Of a stretch of DNA of 64,000 nt, positions 1 through 12,400 are shown one piece after another. The notes under the pieces were generated by a model that had not been told where the DNA came from, made no database searches, and saw only the letters and a list, made by a program, of their open reading frames with translations. The position numbers and the translations under genes were made by a program. Within the stretch, counting starts at the first letter, position 1; every line of letters starts with the position of its first letter. The stretch is from Iphione sp. A-MEVVRFRX5 (Eukaryota), in contig OZ320313.1 of NCBI GenBank assembly GCA_976226885.1, positions 156,302,001 to 156,366,000 of the forward strand, given 5' to 3'.

Positions 1-317
1 TACTGCAATAGGTTAAAAGGGAATGTTCTTTAAATTTAGTAGAGGAAGTAGAGAGTCTTATCGAGCTTTGAATGCGAATGAGGGCCATGATAGGTATCCA
101 GCTAAGTTCCGTTGTCTACAAGACCGGAATTTGTGTGCATTTACGAACATGGTGTACCATGGGCCAGCAACAGTCGAGGAACTACGAGTTTTCTGGACCT
201 ATTCCTGACCATTCTGTGCAGTGTCTGTAAATGGACATACTGACAGCGTGGACAATAGGCATAATAGACTAAATCATGCTCTGTAATGGACTGTATGTGC
301 CTTTGGTCCTATTGCAG

Positions 318-465
318 CTGGAGTTTGCTGATAGTCAGAGAGTGGCCAGCATTACGTTGACGATCCGAGACGATCAGTTACCTGAGCCAGATGAGCTTAC
401 ACAGATAACACTGCTTCAAGTTGTAGAGACTGGAACACCATTACCTGGCCGAGGAGCCAGAATCG
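318..465 (+). CDS. ADGRV1: ADGRV1 exon w1 (Calx-beta)
   Basis: cag|[32 protein letters not shown]...|gtaagt; phase 0-1. Confidence 0.92.
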
Positions 466-3400
466 GTAAGTCTTATGGTCCAGATCATGTAGTAGAAATA
501 AATGTGCAGTTCACTCTATATATCGCTTCTTAGTCCCTTGTCTCTACCTGCCTCCTAATATTTCACTGTCTCCATCTATATTTCCATCGCTATTTTTCTA
601 TCGTTTTCTCTCTAGTTGTCTGTCCGTCTCTTTGACTATCAAAGTCTTTTTTCATCATTTTTATCATCTGCCATGTCACTGCCCACTAAGTCGCTTAGTA
701 CAAGTACCAGGGGATAATATAACGTAATGTTTTTGTAAAATTGCACATTGATATGCTTGTCGATGATAGGATTATTATAGAATTGACTTCCCCTACCTGA
801 GCAGGTGAGAAGAGCAGCTCGCGAGTAACGGTGATGGCGAACGACTCGCCTCACGGTGTCGTGGCCTGGGAGCGTAGCAGCTACATTACCACCGAGCCCG
901 AGGGCACAGACACCACCACCTTCCTGCATATCACTCGATCACAAGGGACCCTGGGCACTATTCGTGTTGCCTACATGTAAAGAGACTCTTCTTGATCAGC
1001 TTCTTTTCCTTACACACTTCCTCAACATGTTGTATTCTTATGTCAGTGTAATTATATCAGTATTATTAAAAGAAACATTGTATTTATGCTGTACAATCAA
1101 TTCGAATCGAGGAGAAAATAGTGTTGTTGAAACAAAATATATATCTGGTTCAAACTTTGTAACTAACAAGAATAATAAGTGTTCTACATACATATTTAAA
1201 TAAATATACGTATAAAACTGGCCAGTCTTTCCGATTTTATACAATACTACATATAAACATTCCGGAATACATATGTATAGTATTGTATGAAATTAGGATA
1301 CACAAGTACAGGATTTTAGCGGCCAGACGACTTATACTAACAAGGTCAACTGACCACCAAGTAACCTAAGATAAACAAGAGGCGAATATTACAAATAGGC
1401 CCCTCAATGTCACCTTTTTCCCTGGCAGTACTTCACAAGACGTGACCCTGCCTACCAAACAGCAGGCCGTGTCGGGGCGTGACTACTTGCCAGTCCAGTC
1501 GTCCGTCGACCTGCAAGACGGTGTCACCCGTGTGCCCATAGAAATCACCATCCTGTCGGTAAGGCTTTCATGGCCCACCACCTTGTCTCATTATGATCCT
1601 GAGTAATGTTTATATATGTACGTGTATGTATGTATGTATGTATCTATGTATGTGTGTATAAACATGTATACAAATATTATGTTGATGGGTGTGGCATGCA
1701 TCGCCCATCAAAATACATATAAAAGTAAGTCTCCCCAGAATACGGTCACATCGGGTCACATTATGGCCATGTGCATCGCATTTTGTGAGGAACTTGGCCT
1801 TTCATACACCCAACAGAGGAACGAGGCTGGCAGATACTGACACTAATACAGGTTGGCTATAGTCATTCATGACTTGGTTCAACTTTTACTCCATAAATCG
1901 TTGGCAGAGGGAAGGGTCATACCATTCCCTTCCAAGTTCCAAGACTTCATAGCGGCGAGAATTCACACCGACCAGAACCCATATAACATCAAATTTATAC
2001 GAGAAACATTGTGCTTTTTTATTATTTGTTATAATAGGACTCTGACCCCGAGGTGGCAGAAAGCCTTCTCATCAACATCACCGGTGTTCAGCTGATAGAT
2101 GGCGCCACGGTAGGCGCCGGTGCCAGCGTGCGGCGACCCGGAAACGTCGCATCTTTGACGATCGCTGAAAATGATGATGCGCGAGGCATTATTCAGTTTG
2201 ATGTCGTCAGAGTAAGTAGTCTCTTTAGGTCTGGAGTGTCACATTTATGTATGCACGGACACACCAGGCCATGATTCAATTCCATTTTGCTTGAGCGCTT
2301 TTTCTTTATATGATTTTGATGTAACCTTTGTAATTTGATTTGTATGCGTACAACTTCTCTCCTCAGAGCTAAGTACGTTTACATCTTCTTCGTACTGGAT
2401 TTGTGAAAGTAATCTGTCTCTTTCCCTCAGTATGACCATACTAATGGGCATTCCATTTGTACATGTACCTACGATCAAATCCCTTTCCACAAATCTAACC
2501 AGAAAACGAATGAACGTGTCAGTGTATGGTGCTATTTTCTCCTCTCTCTTTTTATCTAAGAACCTGGAAGGCCGAGTGGATACCTACGAGGGTGTCGGAT
2601 CCCTCAGACTGAAGCTCATCCGGACTGTTGGTTTCTATGGTGATGTAGAGGTGGCGTGGCAGGCTTCGCCACGAGAGGCCTCCACCGAGCAGTTTTCCCC
2701 GTCGGGCGGTACTGTTACCTTTGCCGAAGGAGAGGACGAGACCTTCATCGAGATCGCAATAACTGATGACACCATCGCGGAGGAATTGCAGGTAGCTTTA
2801 GGCAACCGTGTGGTTCTAATAGCAACTGCCCTTTCCAACGACAGGACAAGAACCCTCCTATTTTACAAACCTGAAAGTACAACCGATGCATTAGGGTTAC
2901 AACCCTAAATGAAAAATAACAGATGAGTTAAAAACTAGCAAAAAGTGCGAAAAATACAACATATAGAAAATTCCTCCTATGTTAATTTTCACTTTCAGAC
3001 CTTTGATGTTCAACTGATCCGGGTGACCTCTGGTGGCGCGACACTGGGTGCTGACAACTCGGTCAGGATCGGTATTATCCGCAATGACTCTCCGAACGGT
3101 ATCTTCTCCTTCGTGCAAACAAGGGTAGGACTCTAGTGGATCCTTTAAATCTTAGTTCGGGCCTAGCACAGGGTTACTGAGAACAGATTAAAAACTGCCG
3201 CATCACTTTGATTTAGAAACATTACTGAAGTCAATTTTGTCAATGAACAACAGTGCGGGTTTATCTCGTCTAGGATACTCTACTTTAGAGAATGAGTATA
3301 TTTTATTGGCACTGATACCTTTGTAGCGGACAGTGAGCGAGTCACGAACGCCCGACGACGCAGACGGCCTTGTGAAGTTTGACGTGCAGCGCGTAGGGAC

Positions 3401-6400
3401 GGAAGGCGACGTCAATCTGGAGTGGCGCCTCTCAGCGGACGCCGTCGACGACTTTGAGCCCCCTCTGACGGGCAATCTCCTTTTCACATCGGTATGCCGC
3501 CTACGGGCCGATTTTCCTTTGATATTGAGACTTTGGGACTCGTATCTCGGTTTATATTGAAACACATGATCTTCGAAAGGTGTTACCTACTACATGTCAT
3601 ATGGACCTCCCTCCCCGCGATTGCTTCCTTGTATGGTTAAAGCCAGGTGTGACCAGCTAGCCCATACTGTGTGTACAATTTACATCTATATATTATATAT
3701 GTATATATTATATATTATGTTATATGTATATATTCCTCTGCCCGCACACGGGATGAATAAAATTTCGCAGGCGTTATTTTCTTGTAAACCATGTTTCTTG
3801 CCTGAGTCACTACGATGCACACCGTACATTTTGTATGTAGGGGGAGGCCTTCAAGGATATTTCACTACGTACGCGAGTTGACAGTATTCTCGAGGGAGAA
3901 GAGGAGTTCACTCTGTCCCTCGTCTCAGCCGACAACAACGGTGATATTTCGCCGACGAAAGGTGACGCCACTGTCGTCATCCTTGCCGACGCCGGCGCCG
4001 GTGGACGCATAGCAGTAGCAGAGCGGGTTAGCATTTATAAGGGAAAACTAAAAATACCTTGGTCAATCACGAAGTTGAACCTTTGCACCTGACTTCAATT
4101 ATAATTTGACTAAAGTTACATAGGAGGTGAATTTTAAAGGTTTGCTGCTGAAAATGCAATATTGTGTATGCACAATGCTTAGAATTTTCACTTCTACGTA
4201 GATGTTGATTGTAAAGGACTCAGAGCAAGATACATTTCCCAGGCGTTAAATTCTTTCATGTCTAAAGTTTTTCTCCTGTTGGAAGTACATGCCTGTAGTT
4301 TTCCCACACCAAGTGGCAATTATCAGTCAATTAGGCCACAACTTCGCGTTTTACTTCACACAACCGACTCAGTTGCCCTGCCTTTGCATTTGCAGTTGTG
4401 TTTAATCGATCATTTCCGTTACAAAAGCCGGTGCATCTCCTCGCCCTGCTCAGTAACGCTAAGCTTTACATTATGTATCTTCCAGTCTCAATTCCTCATG
4501 GTGGGTGAGCCAAGTGTAACTTACGATGGGCGCTTGGAGGTGGCGCTCGAGAGACGGGTGGCATCCTACGGCGAGGTGCGCGCCACCTGGCAGATAATTC
4601 GGCGTGATAACGATGCCTTTGTCAAGCACCAGGACTCGGTCGTTTTCGCCGACGGTCAAAGAGAGGCTATAGTTATCTTACAGGTAGCGCAAACGAAACC
4701 TTACCACATTTAGATATTACCAATAGGGTATTGCGAATACGAATCTAATCTTAACCGTATACACATATATGACAATTACCTGCTATAATTACGGAAATCT
4801 TTAATGCTTAACGTAGAACGCATGCAGTTTAGTCCATAAATATTGAGGCTTCATTGATTCTGACATGAATATGTAGGGACCATTATGGGTCGCACATACA
4901 TGTTTATTTTATCATGTACAATGTACTTGGTTTGCAAAGTCGCAAGCGAATCATAAACGCCGTTTTTTTCCCGGTGGATCTTTAAAATTTCGGATCTTCC
5001 TGTAGACCAAGGACGACAACACTGCCGAACGTCGACAGACCTATGTCTTTGAGATTACATCAGCCACTGGGGGCGCCACCGTCGACCCGACGGCACGCAC
5101 CGCTGACATCGTCCTCGTGGCGAGCGATTTCCCTCATGGCTTGTTCGAGTTCGCCGCGCCGCAGGAAACAACCATATCTGAAGATTCCATACAGGTAGGG
5201 AGGCGCTACCACCCGACTTAAAGTGCGAGATAACGCAAGAAATAGTGTGGCAACTTCTTTCTTGCGATTCCACTAATCATACTTCCCTCCTCGTACATAT
5301 CACACTCAAGCTTATCTCGACACACTTTTATACATAATCTGTCCCTTTTTCATTTTCCCCACTTTTTTGCTAAAGAATCATAAATATAGCGCCGACTCAG
5401 GTGCTCTTTCTATAAACCATCATGTGTCCCTGCAGGTGACCGTGCCCGTGGAGAGGAACTTCGGCAGTCAGGGTCTTGTACGGGTCGAGTACACGACCTC
5501 GCCGGGAACCGCCGTCTCGGAAGAGACACTCACCCCCGACTTCGGGTCAAGTCGAGGCTGGCTTGTCTTCGGCAACAACCAGCGCCGCCAAACGGTCGTC
5601 GTGGACATTGTCAATGACGCACGCGCGGAGGGACCCGAGTATTTCTTCATTAATCTGACTCAAGTCGAGCTCCAACAATCCATGTAAGGGACACTCAATC
5701 GAATGTCATGCTTAATTTTGTGTAGTTATGTAAGTACATGTGTGAATGTATGTATGTATGTATGTGTATGTATGGGCATTATATATTTATGCATGTTTGT
5801 ATACATGTATAATAGGAAGAGAGAGACAATGATGGAAAGGGTCTCTTATGAAAAAAAAAAAAAACTTCAAACTTGAATACTTTTACAAATACATGTACAT
5901 GAATCTGTGCATTTTTCATTATTGTAGCTACATGTAGTAGGAACACAAATAGATTCATTCCTTTTTCAAACAAGCCAAAATGACGCTCATGCCGGTTTTC
6001 TTTCCAGTGCCAATAACTACACGATTATAGGTGGATTACAACTTGATATGGCACCGGCAATAGGAGAACTCGACTACAAGATGATCATCATCGAAAAGAA
6101 CGACAACGCTGAGGGCATTGTGGAATTCACCGAGGAGGCCCTCTCCTTCGTTGGTATGTCGAATTCCCCGTTTACAAGAAACGAATTGTATCTTTATTTG
6201 TGGATATTTAGTTAAGTAACTTTCAATGGACATAAAATGTAAGAAAACTCTTATCATAACAGCACAAATAATGAAGACGACGCAATTACATTTCCTGTTT
6301 GTAAAGTTCTTTCTGACAATAAGCAAGAAACATCAGTGATGAACTATATGCTGACATTTTAAAATATGCTATATGCCAAAGACTATCTGCCGAAGTAATC

Positions 6401-9400
6401 ACACTAATTTTGATCCCATTTAATTCTCAGACCAAGTGGACAATATTAGTAACTTTAAAATTTGATAAATTATTCATTTAATAATACTACATTATGGACT
6501 ACTCAACTATAACCTGAACACTACCCTTAACTCTGTTTATCCTTGACAACTGTTGCTAGGCGTGAAACTGATGAGTCAAAGTGATCAACATGTTCACTGT
6601 CGTTTGGCCTGAGCAAGCCTTACTGTAAAGGCGAAACATTGCTGTAGACCATTGTATCATATCAAGTCATTAAAGTCCCAAGAACACAGCACTTTACTTG
6701 GTTGAGTTGTTTCCTTCCTAGATAGTCTAAAGAGTGGATAGGTTCAGCAAACTTTCCTGACAGAGCCCAGTGGCGAGTTTCTTCCATAAAAAAAGATACG
6801 AGCGATAGACTTGTCCTCCGCCATCTTGTGGGAAATTGTCCATGGTACTTATTTTTATGGTCAGGTTTCAACAAGTTGACGCGAGATGAGTGTAAAACGG
6901 ATACATGTTTAAATTGTGTACATTCCTTCCAGCTTGAAGAACTAATGAAAAGCGCTGATTTGAAACAATTTTACTTGCTCTAGTGGCCGAAGAGAGTGGC
7001 ATGGCTCGGGTGCCCATAATCCGTGGTCCAGGAACATTCGGTGAAGTGCTCATTAAGTACACCACCCTGAACGTGAGCGCCTCACTTGGGCTCGACTACC
7101 TGCTCACAGTCAGAGAACTACTCCTCCCGTCGGGTGTTTCAAGGGCCACCATAAATGTCACCATCATTGATGATCAACTGAGGGAGTTTGGGGAGCAATT
7201 TGAGCTTACCCTGACCGAGGTCACAGGTCGGTAGCATACACTTTCTTTTTCGGGCTTACAACTCGAGTGTGTACTAGTGTAGATTATTCATCTTAATATC
7301 AAGCAGTTACCGAAATAATACGTGAGTAGTGTATGATTATCAGTCCACTCTATGAAAATCATCCCACTGGAACAATGCATAAGGATACATGGTAATAATT
7401 ATCATTCTACCCCGTTATCCAGCTTTGTATCTTATCATCTAAATATTTCTGGTAATGAAACTGCCGTACGTACACAGAATCAACCTGTGGCAATGGGCGG
7501 CCTTTCTTAGTGTCATTGGCTATGGATATCCCGGCTCAGTAGATATATGCTTCACTTAGCGTAGGTGATGTGCTCCTTTATTCCAAACTATCGTAAGGAA
7601 CTTCATTATCAGAGTTATGCCATCCAAACATTAATTTTGGTGGTTTTAGCTTGGTTCACTGACGTATCATGTGTTTACGCAACAATGGCAATGGTTAACA
7701 TCAATATCAAAAGTTAGTTGTTTCAAAACATGTGCATGTACATGTATACAGAAACGGTATCATGCCACAAAGTCTGTGTAGAAAAGTCATTTCACTGTAA
7801 AGAGGATTCATTCCTAGAGGCTTTGTTTACAGGTAAATTCCGAGCATCTAGGCACTGTCTAGTCTTCTGGCAGGCCTACAGACATTTATCCAAGCTTAAT
7901 TCTCTGTATTCTCTGCCACGAGACTCTAAAATACACAAAGACCTTCAAAACCGAATCTACAGGCAGGCTTCAAAATGCGCGTCATAAACCCTCATTTGGC
8001 AGAAAGATTGACCCTGAAACCGTGAAATCCTACTTCTTATCAGATCGCGCAGAATCTCATCAATTAAGTGTCCAGACGTGCCTGGATGATAATTCTACAT
8101 CATATCTTACGGTGGTTCCTTACTGACACACATCCCACATGTCTCCTTTGCCGAAATCCACGAGCTACCGGTTCCTTTCTTTTAATCTTCTAACACTGTC
8201 AGATGGTAGCGCCACCTGGAAAGTGGTAAAGTGCACTACGTGTAGATGTTTCACGTTCCCCGTTTTCATATTGACGGATCACTTTTCAAGGGATATCTTT
8301 GCGAGATTTCTCAGCAAAAAGGGGAATCAAATAAACTCGACAGCAGAGAGAACCATGCGTTATAAATTCACCCTCGGGTATTATATTAAAATCACACATA
8401 TCCGGTATTGTCTGTACACCTATATATAAGTGCATTGAAACGAGGCGATCAAGACGTGCCGGATTACCCATTATGTTGAAATTTCGAACTGTTATGAACT
8501 GGAGGGATAAAATTATTGCTTTGCTCACCTCTAGAATGCACGATCTTTCCGAAAGGTGACCTACAAAGTAATCAGAGATAAAATGGTTTCATTGTTGGAG
8601 TTACTTCCAATGGTTGTCCCAAAAACCTGGGATAGATTCTTCTCAAGTAGCTTTGGAAATGATACTAAAGTTACTCTAAGACTGGGTTTCCATGAAGGTG
8701 TGTCGGCATGGAGTGTGTAAGCATATTTGAAGTGTGTTTTTAATAGACAAATATACACATGTTTCCGTGTCAGCATAGGGATGTGTTGTGTGTTTTCAGG
8801 GGCGTATTGGTGTGTTTGGAAATGGACAAACGTGAACGTGGCACATGTTTTCGGCATGTTATTTTGAATATGTTTGGCAGTAGATGTGTAACACAAATGC
8901 ACAGCGAAGACATGTGTCATGACATGTATCCATGTATAGTAGTTATCAGATTAACTTTTTCATGGGGAAAAACACACACACAAACAGAGCAACACACCTA
9001 CATACATCCATGGAAACCCAGCCTAAAGACTTGGCTTTTTAAAAACATGTTTTGTAAAGAGAAGGTAATCTGTCATATATCGTATGCATTTTTAATATGG
9101 TGATATGTCTCAGTGTCTATTATGGATATGGCAGAAAGCATCAGGCACTAATCCGAAGGTGTAACATGAACATCAATATATTACAATATGACAAATGGGC
9201 CTATATATGTATATATAGATAGAGGCAGCTAGCTACTTAGGCCTATGAACATGTTATACTAATAGCTAGATTCTTGTCAGTGTATTTCGGTAACCTAGAC
9301 ACGGATGAATATATTGATACCTTTTGTTCAGAATGAAGTTAGGCGTGGCTAGTTGGCTCATCTGCACACTCTATAACGCTCAGAATGAAGTGAAATTGCT

Positions 9401-12400
9401 TCCTATGACTGTGTCTTTGGTGGCTATGACAGGTGAGCCCCCTGCTAATCAATATTCACCTGAAAGCGGGGATCTCATATCGTTTACCTCATCTGTCTGA
9501 CAGAACCAGATGTTTATTGAAGCAGCCCAATACTAACAGTCACTGACAAATACACGAAGAATTGCCTCTTTTCCCGTTACTTCGTCATTTTTTATTCTCT
9601 GCCGTAGGGGTAACAATCCGTAACATTGAAAAATTGCCAAAACTATGTCGTTCAGAATATTCAGTATTATGCTAGAAATATGCAAAATGGAGTGTCCGAA
9701 TCCTACTACTTTAAGCGAACATATATTCAGAGAGAGGAAATTAGTGGTTTTACTAGACAAAGATATTCCAAAATTAATAAGTATATTTTATGTGCACATT
9801 TTACTGACTGTCTTTTTTGTAATCCACTAACTTCAGAGAAAGAAACATAGATGCCACAATGTGTTATTACTTTGAGCTACTAAGTGCTGGTATTACTCAC
9901 TGCACAACCACAAAATGGTGGGATGGTCTGCTTCTGCCTGGCGACTCAACTCATCTGTAAAGTAAACATACAGCATATTATCGTATTTAGCTATTCTTCA
10001 CCAGATAGATCATTATCAGAGTTTATTACTTCATCCACATGTCATCACTTTCTACCAGGAAGTCAGCTTCCATGGACAGAATTCCACCCGGAACATAGCG
10101 TCGTTGACTTGTATTTTCAAAATAAGGAAGTAAAAACGAGGTTGCCATGCCTGCACAAAGCCGGCAGCCACGGTTCGATGGCAACCACCGTGGTGCGGCC
10201 AAAGCATCGATTAATCTGGGTGCACCCTTGCGAACGCCTCCTATTGATCTCCTCTGGGTTAATCTAAATTCAGCCAGACCTACCGAAATAGTAATAGGTC
10301 ATCATTTTGCATCGAGTTCGAACTTTTCCTATGGACGACAGGCGGTTTATTGTAGGTCTTATATCCACGTACCTGTTGAATAAACCATGTCTTCAATGGT
10401 GTTTACACTTAATGGTTATATTTAACGTATTGACTGGTCTGTGTTAAAAAAAGATTATCACAAGAGGAAACGTTTGTAGGAAGAAGAAACGTGATGTGGT
10501 GTACATGCTTTATTTTCACGTAGTATGTGCATTTATACATGTATGTATACACGCAGGTGTACATGTATACACGCATTGCAAATCAACGTCGCAGCCAGAT
10601 GGAATTTCATTGTCCCGAAAACAATTCGGACCATATTTTGTCTAGTATCATGTACGCATTTTTAAATCATGTCCCTGCAGATACTGCTTATAATTGCTTA
10701 ATATTTTCAAGAAATAGAAACATAGTAGGCAGATATATGTGAACAGATGGAGAAAGATGAGGGTTTAGGAGCAAGAGAGGACTGAGGGAATCAAAATAGA
10801 TAAACATTGAAAGAAAACAGATATTCATGTACATGTACCTATATGCATGCAGAAAAGACGGGCTCGTCATATCCCTGCATCTTGACGGATTTTACCACTC
10901 GATGAGTTCACTGGACCTGAAACTTTGGAGGGTGCCAGCAAGCTGATTCTCGAGTATTTACTATTGATCCCATAACATAGTCCAGTTGTCTCATACTCAA
11001 AAATTCCCTTGACGCGTGTGAAATATGTGGAGCAATACAAGTCATTACTTATGCATGCGTCTCTCAGCGTGGACAATTTCTGACTAGACAACTGCGTTGT
11101 TTGTGTTGAACAACTTGAAGCATTATATTTATCGTGCTGGAAAATCGACCGACTTGAATTCCTGTTGTTAATTACAATTGTCGGCCATCGTTACCGACTT
11201 AGACTGACAATTTAAGTGGCCATGATCATTCCACGCAGCAGCTAGAGGATAGATACAGTTCTTATTAAGTTTGGTCAATTGTTGTTCTTCATTTGGCTAT
11301 GGCCGGTCGGGGAATCGATATCACTCTGAAGTGAATCTCACAACTGATCACAATAGGAAGCGACACTCCTATTCAAACCCTGAGCCCCCCCCCCTTTAAT
11401 TATAGGACATCGCACATCACTGTACATTCATAAACATATGTAAACAAACACGAGGTCTGTACGCATTCGGTGGAGCGTGACGTGACTCACACGCACCGCC
11501 CCAATCCATCTCAAACTTCGTTAACGCTCCCACTACTCACACACGCCTCATCCACCCCGCAAGGCGGACCACGTGGCCTAGTTTAAACTTTAAGGCGGCA
11601 AGTGTCCCGTTCGTTTTTGGCGAGGCTGGGGGTGGGGTGGGGCGAGGTCTGCCCGGGCAGGTACCGCAATGGGCAGCTCGGCCGGCCTGTAGTTTGCAAT
11701 AGTTTTAATGGCACTGGGCGGATTATACCTGGCAGTGCTGAGCTCCGTTCCAGCCAGAACACGGAGGCGGCTGAACTAGGTCAGATCTTTCAGCACGCAC
11801 ACGTACAGCGGCCAGGTGGGAATACCTTACCTCAGCGGCCACCGACAACACCAGACAACAACATCAATAACACAAGGAGGATGGCGGCAGCTGCTCAAGG
11901 AAAGCGGCATCCTCCAGGGAGTCATCCTGGCTGCCTCCAGTGGTTTCAGAGGTGCTTTTACATAACCCTCCTGCTGGGGTTAGTATACCCGAGGGGAGCC
12001 GGATCGCAGACACAAGGTAAACTGCCTGTCACTGTAAACAAAAGCACCTATGAGGCTGTGTGTAATACTCTTGGTGGTAAAATTTAATCACAACTTGGGG
12101 ACCTAGCCAACTCACCACGATTCGCAAACTGGTGGGTGGGGTTCTATTCATACTTCCTGCTAAGAGCGATTGCATAACATTCAGTAAATCAACAAATACA
12201 TAATATACTACACATATTGGTATTGCAAAAAAAAGAGAGTTGTTCACCGATATACGTAGGCCATACACTTCGGAAAGAGAGAGAGAGACGGGGGGGAGGA
12301 GGAGGGACATAGAGATATGGAAAAAACAGAAACATATTAATGTTGCAAGGAAAATGTTCTGTTTGTTTTTATTTGTAGAAATAACAATATACTTTGATAT

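Noticed and set aside
7227-8340. Intronic read-through stop after w13 plus a downstream AATAAA, giving a secreted truncated isoform
   Set aside because: In-frame stops and AATAAA are expected in any AT-rich intron; there is no specific support without 3'-end data.
11602-12087. 161-aa ORF as a stand-alone gene
   Set aside because: The upstream part starts at GTG and looks like promoter/UTR. Only 11881-12016 has a good ATG, a signal-like peptide and a donor.
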